A stretch of DNA of 64,000 bases from Phoronis australis (lineage: Eukaryota > Animalia > Phoronida): contig NMRA01000010.1 in the NCBI GenBank assembly GCA_002633005.1, positions 1,584,982 to 1,648,981 of the forward strand. The letters run 5' to 3'. The translations under genes and the position numbers were made by a program. The notes below the pieces were generated by a model. It ran no database searches. It saw only the letters and a list, made by a program, of their open reading frames with translations, and was not told the origin of the DNA. This document shows positions 26,201 through 38,100 of the stretch, one piece after another (position 1 is the stretch's first letter; every line of letters begins with the position of its first letter).

Positions 26201-29200
26201 TCGAGTTCTAAACTTGAAAAAATTTACTTTACTCATGTTTGCAGCTGGAATTAAGGGGTCATTTAGAGTGAGTCTGGACTAGACACTCATCTCAGTAACC
26301 TTTCACATGAGTGCAAAAATTCATCAAAGCCTGTCTTGAGTTGGTACTCAGTGGAGCACAAAATGTCAAAAATAATTTTGATTGAGTACAAAGATTAGAC
26401 CCCAGGCAGTGGCATTTCTTATTGCTTGTTCATCACTTAGAATGCTGAAAAATGAACACAGTAACAGGATGAAAAGGAAATAAAAGCAAATCTAAACAGA
26501 CCAAAAAAATTAATTTGAAAAACTTGAAATTCAAGCAAGTTTTTTAGAGGAGGCAGTGTGGCCTAGTGCGATAGGTTCTTTTACTAGGTCGTGGGTTTGA
26601 GTCCCACTGGGTCACACTGCTAAACCCTTGAGCCAGGTTTCAAGCTCCTCGGCTCAGTTTTAACTACAATATATTAATAAAGCATAAAAATGGTTCCAGG
26701 TGATCAGCGCAATGGGCCCACATGCGCAGCCTGTGTACGTCTGGTACAACGTGTATCAGACCGCCTGCAATTATATATTAATAAACAAGATTTACTGTTT
26801 CAGCTTTTCCATTTAATAACTGTTCATCAGAATTAAAAAGCCAGTGAGGGCTCACACAGCAAATGAAGCTTATTTAATAATATAACAGTGACTTGGGATC
26901 TAAAGACAGAAATGTAGATTTTAAGTCAATATGACCTAGATCAAATGGTTAAACTAACTACTACGCCAAGCGACAGCACTGAAGCCCAGTACACCGCCAT
27001 CTTTGGAAAACTGTTGGTTTGTGTTTAGGGGTGTAACCCAAGCTTTGTTTTGTTTTTTCAATTCGGCAAGTTAGTGTTTCAACACACTGTCTATTAATAA
27101 GCAAAGGACTATCTGCAGTTCACTGACCCTTTCAATTGGATAAAATCATGTCACTGGCTAACTTACTCAAGAGAGAAGTTTGCAATTTGATCCTTACCTA
27201 ATTAGTGCTAAACGGTGTGTCCAGTTTAGCTGGCTCAAAAACAAACATAAAATTGGGACTTTTACTCCCACGTAACCAGTCTCATAGAAGAACACCTTAC
27301 AATGACAATTCTATTTCCATCACCTACTCGAAGCCACAAGCAATGAATACATGCACCAATAAAAATTCACAATACAGGGCTGGTCAACCCCAATAAACTC
27401 TGAAGTGTTTTTCAGTCCCTGATAGTTTCAATATTCTTGTTATTAATGGAAATGGAATCCTATCATGGCACGAAATACTATGAGACTAGTTGTGAATAAA
27501 ATGCTTATTAGATTTGATTTTCATTTCTAGAGAGGTTTAAATGTTTATTAACAAACTCACAAATAATGATGTAAAATTATCAATTCTGACACGTTGCATT
27601 ACATACCAAATTTACTAGGGGTCCACCGGAGTTTCCAAACTGAAAGAAACGAAACACATTCAATAAACACTGGAGGTTTTCAAGATGAAAGATCATAGAA
27701 TGCAGGAAATAGCATTAGTATGCTCCTCTACTATGCTAGCAGTCAATCAAAGCTATATGACATGGTTTGTAAAAACACCCAGTTCAAGACAAAACGCCCC
27801 TATGTATTCAACTTTTACTTAAAACAGTAGTTAACTAAATTTTAACATGATCTCTCGACATGTTTCACTAAATAGTAGTAAATTTAAAACATTTTAAACT
27901 TTTTATTGACATGAAAAACTTAAAAGACAGCGTTCTACTGAAAATAAAATTTGGAGCTTCATCAAAATGGTAAATAAACTTTACACCGTTGTTTTAAATC
28001 TCAGAAAGTAGTAACTGTTGTAACCAAATGGTTGCTACAAGACGGTGATAATCAGGCTTACAACCAACTGAAACTAATTACAGCTAACTAAAACATTAAA
28101 TTAACAAAATCTATATTGAAATGAAATCACCATTACAAAATCAATCTAGTACGTAACACAACCATGTTTAACTAAATAGACCAAACAATTTGACACTTTG
28201 GAGAAATCTCATTTTATTTCAGAATGCGTGAAGTCTTCCTTCATAGAAACAGATCACTGTAGGGTAAAACAAATCATTGCTAAACTAAACATTAATATTT
28301 GTATACTTTAGGTCATTAATTTCATTGTTACTCTAACATTTTGTTCTATTGAGGATGGTAAAAACTGAACTTAAAGTGCTTAAAATCACCAATTTCCTAT
28401 CAAAAACACAAAAAAAACAACCCCACCAGTCAATCAACTGTCAAATTAGAACACCAGCAATACTATCTGACAATATGTTAATTAGCTGAACTCGGAATTA
28501 CAAGCATATACTGGTTGATACTTACTACCTAGACTTGGGACAACCAGTCATCCTCCATTGCATTTAGTGTCAAAAATTGTCAAACATTGCTGCTCATATT
28601 CCCATGTTTTATGGTGTAAGGAATGACGAGGCGCTGAGTTTGTGTTGCTTATGACAACTTAGTAATTGGCCACGCAGTAGCGCTTTTCCCTATTCTGCGC
28701 AACACTGGAGAAGCGCGGTTATGCCAAATGTGTTGGTAGACATGACACACTGGCACTGCGTAGGGTCACACATCACACTCATGCTCGTGTAGCTAAGAAA
28801 CCTTCAATGGAACTCGCTTTTATATTCTTGTTTTGGGGGCATTGCATTCACGGTTGTGATATGCAGTGCTACAAAGGAAGGATTAATGGTACTGAGAACG
28901 TAGTCACTAGACAAAACAAGGTAAATTGTGGTTTAAAACTCAAGCGATTTGTACTTTAGACAGTTTAATGTCATTGAAATGTAATCAGAATCACGAAAAA
29001 CGAACTTAATAAGAAAACATTTCATTAATAACCTGACAGCCAGAAGAATGAGCAACAGCCAAAGATCCAGTTGCAACAGACTTACATTAACAACAGCATC
29101 GGTCTGTATGTATCCAATGTCCTTGTTGCGTATTCCCAGCTCCTTACTCCCACGATGCACTGCACTGACAATACCAGCAGTGACGCTATTGGAAAGATTG

Positions 29201-31953
29201 AGAGGACTTCCCATTGCCAGCACCCACTCACCTGGACGCAGAGTGCTGGAGTCACTGAGAGTTAGGACAGGTAACTCCCCCTACAGTGGCGTAAAGCAAG
29301 ATTTCAACAGAAGCAAGCTGAGCTCAGTAGTTCTGCTTTCCAACGTTCAAATAACTAAGTTTTATGTCACAAAAATTCAAAAAAGTAATTTGGTTAAGAA
29401 TTCAACATTGTCAAATAAAGTGGGTCGATATGCAGCTTTAAGTATGGGATAAAAATTTTGCAGTAAAGTAAAAAGCTAACTTTTCTCAAGGACTAAAGGA
29501 AACATAGTTTTATCGATCCACTATGAAAAAACAAATATCCTATCTTTGACAACAACAGACTTATTATCTCATGTGCACAAAAATAATGTCCAGAAGTTTT
29601 ATAAGACATGTGACTACTAGTAAGTATGTTATTTCTTAAAAAGCTCAATTTTTCACAGAGATTACAGACTGTAATCTCCACAATTTTGTCCAAACTCTGT
29701 ATCTTTGTTCTATTTGCTATGAAAGAATATCTGGGATTTTCTTGTAACCCAAAACTCTGTGGTGCAACATGAAGACATCAAGTTGTGATTTTTAACGGTT
29801 TTGGAACAATAAAGATGTCTACTTTTCAGTCAGTCGATTTACATCACAATTTCCCACTTTTTCAACCCAGGCATCCAATTTTTTGTTCTAAAATGTTGGT
29901 AACTATGAATTTTGCAAGCTGGAACTTGTAAGAGTGACCTCAATACTATAAATAAGACTTGGGATTATGTCCAGGTCACAAATGATGTCCTACCAGTTTT
30001 CATATCGTCTGCATATACTCACATTATGTACACCTGTGAATAAGCTGGTTGAAATATTTACTGTGACAACCACTGGTATTCGGTAACTTACTCGTCATGT
30101 TTCAAATACTCCCTTGCCCTGGTTGTTTCAAGTTCCCAGTTTTTCACTATGAGATGTCTATACCTAATCAAAACAACAGTGCACTTGAGCAGACAAAAAT
30201 CAGATGCTATGACTTACGTACACAGTTGATTTTAAGAGTAGCCAGGTCTGACACTTGGTCCACTGCTTGGACTGTGCCAGAAAACTCGCGTCCATCTGGA
30301 AGCTTGACTACAACATTCTTCTTATTGGCGACAACATGAGCATTAGTGAGAATGAGACCATCTTTTCTGACAACAAATCCAGATCCATTTGAAATTGAAA
30401 CCATCTGACCACTCAACGGGTGCCTGAAATACATGTCAATTACTATTAATCATGTAGGCTTACGCCAATGTTGCAGCACATGTTTCAGATCAGTGTTAAG
30501 ACACCGAAAGTTAGTTTTGTTTCCTCTTGCCACAGGAGTTATTGTTCAGCATTTGTTACCATTTTAAGCAGCCTGTATCCGCCTCAGGCTATCTACCTCA
30601 CCAGGCCGAGAGGTGTCACATTAACGTGAGAGGAAGGCGATGACACAAAGCAATGACATCAATGAATCTAACAATGAGTGTGTGCCTCTATTTCTGACTA
30701 TGGTGCGGTGTCCTAAAGAAGTAACAAAGCCACCTGGTTACTTTGTAATCAATCCTGTAGTGAATTTTTTGAGGTGTTCACGACTGCAATGTGTTCCTGG
30801 CTTTACAGACCAAACTATAACAGGAGCTGACCGCTCACCATTGCGGAAATGTGAGAGCCAATGTCAATTTGTAAATGTTAATTTAGTTTAGGACAAGCAA
30901 GGATCATATCGCATTGTGGTCGTGATAGACCGACCCGAAAAACTTTGCCTCATTTTCGGGTCGATGGAAACTCCTGAGAAAACCACAAACCTTTATTTGG
31001 CTGGTAACAAGCGCTTTCAAGGCGTGAAATTCACGCCTACACAAATTACATGATGGCGTTATAAGTTCCCTTAATTGCCAGACCAGGATTGCCTCTACAG
31101 CCTGAATAGGTAATACACTATTGAAATCACTGATCAAAGTGTTTCAAGTTTATAGTCCCTGTAACTCTTGAGATTCTATCACTATAATTTTGAGTAAAAA
31201 TAATGTTGTATACCACGAGAATATTTATGATGTAAAATTTTAGCCTGAACGGAATTTGTGAAACGACAACTCCGAAGGTGGAATTCTGTTACATTCCTGC
31301 AGCCTATGCCAGGCTAAGCCAACATTGTAAGTAAGCTAACACAAGTTCCAATTGTAAGATCTAACCTTGAGCTGGTAACAATGTAACTGATGTGATGGGG
31401 ATATGTGGTTGGCTTCAAGACCTTTTGGTGCGAGCAAAATGTAACAAGTGAACATGTTGCAGTCAGAGATAAAATGTATGATGCAAATTACTCTGAAATT
31501 GACATGCTACGAGATGCTCCGGAATTGCCTTGTAAGTTGTAGGTGACAAGCTTGAGTTCACAAATCTCACCTTCCTTTTATTTCTATGAATACTACTGCA
31601 GGCGCAGCCTTTTCAACAGTATCTGCAATGAAGTTGTATCTTTGGCTGTTGGGCCTTGTATCTTCTCCACTAACAAACGGTCTAGCGGCAGCAACAGTTG
31701 GTACAATCCGCGATTCATCGAGCAGGGCTTCCTTCCTGAAATACAGCCAGTGAAGTCCATATCCAGTCGCAGCGATGGTGAGTGCTCCAGTTACGTAACC
31801 AAAAGTGATTCCATTCTTTAGTCGATTGGGTGGAAATTTCGTGTCGTGAAAATATCTGCAACACCGCCCACATGTTAAGTCTCTTAAATTTTGTAGAAAG
31901 TTGATTTTTTCCTTGGGAGCAAATGTTCGTAAAATTTTAATGGTCGCCGCCAT
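23284..31953 (-). CDS. HTRA2: Mitochondrial serine protease HTRA2/Omi (~430 aa)
   Basis: Minus-strand exons: 31953-31571, 30423-30222, 29280-29086, 27639-27607, 25895-25781, 25034-24836, 23449-23284(TGA); total 1293 nt, in frame. Basic N-terminal presequence, TM segment ([16 protein letters not shown]), [17 protein letters not shown], triad motifs TNAHVV / DQVSDLA / FGNSGGPL, and a C-terminal PDZ ([22 protein letters not shown]). Confidence 0.95.
26066..26406. mobile_element. MITE family copy in an HTRA2 intron
   Basis: The ends CCAGTTTCTAGTCTT... and ...AAAGATTAGACCCCAGG resemble the inverted ends of the 46921-47322 copy. Confidence 0.5.
26548..26640 (+). repeat. tRNA-derived SINE head
   Basis: A-box GTGTGGCCTAGTG and B-box-like GGGTTTGAGTCCC, followed by a CCCTTGAGCCAGG block similar to SINE core sequences. 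Confidence 0.55.
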
Positions 31954-32159
31954 TATCAATGACGTACCAGCGAAACTGTGTTAGCCTAAAATCAATTTTA
32001 AAATAGCTTGAGAAAGTACTATCCCGCTGTCAAATTAAATTTAATTTTATGCTTTTTCTTGTAAAATTAAATATAGATCCCACTAGATAAACAAAAACAA
32101 ACACTACACTGTGTTTATATAAAAAAGATATGTGTGCTCGTAATTCAAAACTTCAAAAC
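31954..32159. promoter_or_regulatory. Shared bidirectional promoter/5'UTR region of HTRA2 and TERF
   Basis: Only 206 bp separate the divergent ATGs (31953 on -, 32160 on +). Both ATGs lie in ATGGCGGC (YY1-like core). TGACGT is at 31960. Confidence 0.7.
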
Positions 32160-35100
32160 ATGGCGGCAATTGTGGACGATGGAGATGTTGTTTTGGGACA
32201 AGCAAATATTTGGCTATTCGACTTTTTGTGCTATAAAGCATGGCATGAGTTTGAAGAGCATAGCACTGTAGACCAGAAAACGGGTCGCCAGTACCTGCTT
32301 GGTAATTTTTAAAATTGCGTGCTGAGAAACCGCGGAATTTAATCACCAATTCAGTGACGGGTTTCAGGAGGGGGGGGGGGTTGTTTACAATTCGACTGCG
32401 TTAATGTACATACTTGGTATTTTAATAGTTATATCAGAACAGAACTGAAATTGACGACTTTTCACAGTTAATCATCCATTGGAAATCACTGCAGCACGTT
32501 GACAACTGAATCCCTGTACTCAGAACTAATTAACACAGTTAGCCACTGATGATGACTATAGCCGCCGTACAGTAAACATCATTAATAAATAGAGAATAGT
32601 TTACGTGACACGTGATTGCGCTCTCGTGTCATGTCAGCCATTAAGGCATCCTCACGTTTGTACATTACACTTATACACAAAACCAGATAAGTGCTGACAG
32701 ACATAGACAATAACCGTCGGGTATGAGCAAGATAAATGTCCGTCTGAAACATACAAAATAAATATATTAATACTGTGAGGTGAACTCTCTATAAACAATG
32801 AATGATAATTAATAATAACAGCTATTACACGTATGCGCCAGAAAATAGATAAATGAAAGAACTCCGGACATTCGACTTGCTCAATAAAGCATTATTAGAA
32901 ATACTCAAGGGTTATTGTCTAATAAAGGAGACAGCTGACAGATCAATGTTTACACAGTCCAGCGCTCTCTGATAAGCTCACGTAATCCAGCAGTTGCGTT
33001 GTAAACAGCCTACCTGATGTTAACAGAGATTTAAAAAACTTTCAATAAATGCTGTGAAGATGATTTTATGAAATACTATCACCAAAAAAACAACTGTTGA
33101 CTTTCATAGAGATCTGACTTAGCTTTCGCCTGCTGACGAATTCATTTGCATGGCTGTAAACTCTTTTGGCCCTTTTATAACCACAGCATTATGTATTGAA
33201 ACAAAATGCGCTTGTTTAATGGAGCATGATTCTATAGATCAGATCATAATCTTGGAAATTTCTTGGTTTGAAAAGTTCAGAGGAACGGTATGTAACAAGT
33301 GGGTGACACTGCACGATTCTTAAATAGGATAATAAACCCTGGTTTTGTGATTTCAACCAATGCTCATATTGCCACCTGCTGAGTGCACCATTGTCTTTTC
33401 GCTTGAAAAGTAGGATTTTACTAAAAATTCCGGAACATGTGGCTAATGCTTGTGGCTAATAACAAGGAACATTTTTGTTATTTTGAGGTGATGAATTATA
33501 TCTGTGGACCTCATTTCAACGTGTTCTTTCTCAAACCTTCCTCTCAACTCTTACAGGGACATTTGCCGAAACAGGCGGGGACGACAATGACGACGTCATC
33601 AAGGCCAAGCGACTCTTTGTAACACTTCTGTGTCAGTTAGCAGATGGAACCGAGTGTTGTGCAAAGTGTGTTGGGTTTATCCATTTTTTAAATTTGTATG
33701 ACAAACTGAATGGTTCGTCACGTCATGTAGTTAAAGCTATATAACCGCCTTCCATCAAAGACTTTAACTTAGGGCACTTGCCGTAAAATTGGCCTCAACT
33801 CTGTTACTTTTTTGGATTATAGATGGGGTTTGGTCATGAGATGAACTTGGTCTTGGGAATAGCAAGCAATTCGTTATTGCTTGATATCAGGGTCATCAAG
33901 TTATTGTGTCACGGCGTATCATTTTTGTGATGAGCGTGGTCTAACCCCACCCAACTGGCTGTTCTTGCATAGCCCAGATATAACTCAGTATCTTAGTAAA
34001 GAACACCTGGAGTCCCAATTTTTAGCAGGAAATGGTCTAGATCAAACATTGATTTCTTTGTCTTCCGGTGGCCAGTGTATAGCCACTTTTAGATAGCATC
34101 TTTGATAATGTACATTCAAGTAAACAGTTGTGTTCTCTACATGCGTGTGCCAGTGATATGATCTATGGTGTGCTTTCCCAACAATATTGTGATTTATTTC
34201 AGTTACCTGGAAGACTTGGATGAGAAGAAAACTAGCATGGAATGGGCACTATCTACCTGTGGCCAGCTGTCTGACGCAATCAGCCACAGGTATCCCTCTC
34301 TTATGACACCCCTCAGTGCCGTCAGGGAGTCCATCAGAGTACAGGTGTGCACCGAATACTAGACAAAGTCAATCGTGAACATTTGATTTTGGACATGGAA
34401 ACTACAAAAAGTTGGAGAAATTAAGTTCATTCTGGAACATGCTATACCTATGTGTTTAGTCATAATTCACATCGTGTGTCATATTTTATTTTTACGTATA
34501 CAGCATATGTGTTGTAAATGGTAGTAATGATCGTTATAAAATGTGGTCTAATGTATAAACAGTCTTTAATTTGACAAGTAGCAGATTGCCACTGGTGAGC
34601 TCAGTCTTGATATTGTAAACTCGATGCACTTTGTATGCATGTATTACATTTGGTTACTGGTATCTGTGGGCACATAAATGCCCTGTGCGGTTGATGAAGA
34701 AAACGTGCGACTGCAGATTGACTTCATTACGCATTTGTTGTCCACAAATATAATGCAAATAAGCAGCAGTTGTCTGTTCACAATTAGTGAAAAAACGTTT
34801 TAATTGCAATAAAAATAACAAACTCAGCTCACTAAGCAACCGTAGCTAGCTTCAATACAAGAAAGCAGCTGAATGAGACTACGCCCATACTAGGATTCCG
34901 AGTTATATTGAAAACATTTGCCCAAACAGCGAGTCGTTACACAGAGAATATACTACATAGTTTCATCATCCATAGGCATGCACAAAGTACATATTACATG
35001 TTACGCTCTTATCTTAAGCAAAGTGTTTGCTCTGATAGAATTCAGTCAAGTTAAGGCGTTAATTTATTACATAATTCTAATCTCATGGCACAGCCATACT

Positions 35101-38100
35101 GTGGCACTACTCGAATGTAAATGATTTTTCACTAACGCAATTCGAAGAGAGGCAAAGAGGCGTGAGTGTACCGACCAATCACATATCCACTGTAATTACA
35201 TAATACATAGATCCAATGAACCGGAGTGTGATCAGCAACAGCCACAATCTTCATTATGACTCCTGTGAAAATGTTGCAATTTGTAATGCAAAACATCATT
35301 TGAAAGTTAGTGTTACGTTGTACCTCGGTGTCCAGTGTATTTGATTGGCTTTTGATTTTGAATTCCCTTGTCTGGCACAATGAGGTTTGTGAAATTCTAA
35401 AATGTAAATTCTGCTCTTGCTGAAAAAACATTTTGTTATATTTGTATCAAAAACTCAATAGTTAATATGTATATTTTAAAGATAAACAGATTGAAATGTT
35501 CTCTCCAGATTGCCCAAGTGCTTCGCTTATGGTAAATTTTGACTATCTTACAATTGTTAGAAATTGAAATGGTTTATTTGTGAAATTTTGCACAACACAT
35601 CAAAGCATTCATACCACAGTGGATTGAATGTTGCTCTTAATGGTGTTAACATAATGATTGTTATCTATTGCCAGCCTGGTTATATTTGAGAGCCTAGCTT
35701 TCGGGCCCATCCATTGCACTTCATTACCTTTATTTGGTTTATTCAAGATAAAGTTGAGTTCTATGTAAAATGTATTAAAAAGTCTGATTGCATGCGGAAT
35801 GACCCAGTTGATCCATTTAGGCCAAGCATCTTGAACACTCAAAGACAATGAAATGACAGTTTGGTATTATATCATTTCTAATAGGTTCAAGAGAAAAGGG
35901 TTAATAAACGGGTATCGTTTCTCTAAATTTGACACAAGAATGGGATTCTTTTGGTATTAAGAAACGTGAATTGTTGGTGTCTGTGGATCTTTCATTACCA
36001 TAAATGCATTCATAGGAGAGTGTATGCATTGCAGGCTGTCGCCACCAGCTGTCAGACTGGCCACTTCTCTTGTGCTGGCGAGGTGTTTGACAAAGTGTTC
36101 ACAAGTCCTGAAGTGAGCAAGAGTGCAGTAAGTGTTCAGTAATTTATTCAACTATTATGAGTGTGTGATTGTAGTTTTGAACAGTCAATGTTCATTTGTT
36201 CAACTATCATGTATGTGTGATGGTAGTTTTGAACAGTCAATGTTCATTTGTTCAAATGCTAAGTATGTTTTAGGCAATGGTGTACAGCAGTAAGTGTTCA
36301 TTTGTTCAACTACTGGGTATGTGTGTCAATTAATGCTGGGCAGTAATAAATGTCATGCAACTGTTTTCAAAATAAAAATGGACCAAGTCAAAATTCAACG
36401 AAGTTTCAGCACAAAAAAATGGCTGAATATCTTTGGACTGGATCCATTTCAATTCTCCTTAAATGTGAACAAAGTTTCGACTGTTTTACTCCATGCACAT
36501 TGTCGAAAGCGCGACAGCTTCCTTGCATTAAGTTTATTGTTGCGTGACTGCATTATAGTGTCTTACTCATCGGTGCGTCTGGCGTTCACTGCTGTATCGC
36601 CGTTACCCCTTGATTGATGTACTTTCTCATTTTCGTATGTATTTGACGTATTGTGCGTCACACCATCACTTTGCAAATATTTCTTAGACTTAGTCTATCA
36701 TAATGAGAATATTTCTTAAACTTAGTCCAGTATAACGAGAATATTTCTTAGACTTAGCCTTGTATAATGAGAATTTCAGCCAGCAATGGTTTTGAATGGA
36801 GAGAGATATTAATCTAGTCAATTTTAGGCATTCGCCGCAGGTTTTTCTCCAGCATCAATGGCTATTTATCTATTCCAAAGAGTTCCTGTTGAAGTCTCTG
36901 ATAATATGATAAATGCTCTGCTCCACACAAAAGGGTCATAGATCAGCCTCACTGATATTGTTGGCAGTGGGCGCTCCGTGCTTCTTGTACTTTCCTTGTA
37001 TCAAAGTACATGTTACCGTGGAACAAGTCGTGGTCCAAATAAGGTCGAAACACTGGAGGAGTATCTGAATTCTTTAATGCTTTTCAGTTTTACATGTAGA
37101 TTATAGCCTGTTTGCTCTCTAAAGGTCTTCAGTTCAGAAAACTGGAAGTCGAATGACTAGTCTCACTAATCTACACTCCGTCTTACAAGTAGCCTGTTTT
37201 CTGTTGAATCATCATCAGCTTAGAAGACTGGACGACTGATTGGGCGGACTGATCCACCCTGTTGTGTTCTGTAGTTATAGTCAGAAAAATTATCAAACAA
37301 AGCACTGTTTCCCTGTCATGACTGGTCATACAGACTAGCTACTCTGACAGTGAAAACTGCTTGCACTCAGCCACCATGACAGGGAAGTCCGCTTGCACTC
37401 AACTGTAGGGACGAGAACTCCATGTCATCTTGTCTGCGTGGCATGCACTGGAGCCCGGCCACTTCCCAATAACTTAAGCTCAGAAGTCTGGAAGTAGGAT
37501 TGGACTCACTACTGGATTCTGTTCTGATTTACAGGTAGCCCGTTTACTGTCAAAGATCATCAGTTCGGAAGACTGGGATAATGACTTTCTCCAGAATCAG
37601 ACGTACGAGGCATTTCTGGAGGAGGTTAAAATACAGATGAGTCACGTGTACAACGTGTTGTTCTGCGTCAAAAAGGGGTTGCCATTTATTGTCCATGTGA
37701 GTCTCTTCAAAACACCTATTTCTTTGATGATAAAATGGCCCCATTTTCAAAAAAATGAAAGGAAACAGTACAGAAGTGGTTCTATCTGTTTCTTTAAGGT
37801 CTGAATTAGTGGAATTTGAAGGATACTAAATGAAACATGTTCCAACTTTGGCATGTGAGTAGAAATGTTTAGCAAATTTGAAATGTTGCCATAACATTAG
37901 TGTTCACTTTTTAAACTCATGTTGAATATTAATTTTGGCAACTCCATCTCAAATATAATGTTAAAAGAACTTAATTTGATAGTTAATATATGAATGGGAA
38001 GCCATACACCGGAAACATTGCAGAATGATCAAACAATAGAATGGCAGTCACAAAATGAAACAGGAAAGCGACAGGAGTCGGGGTCAGAGCTGTAATATGT

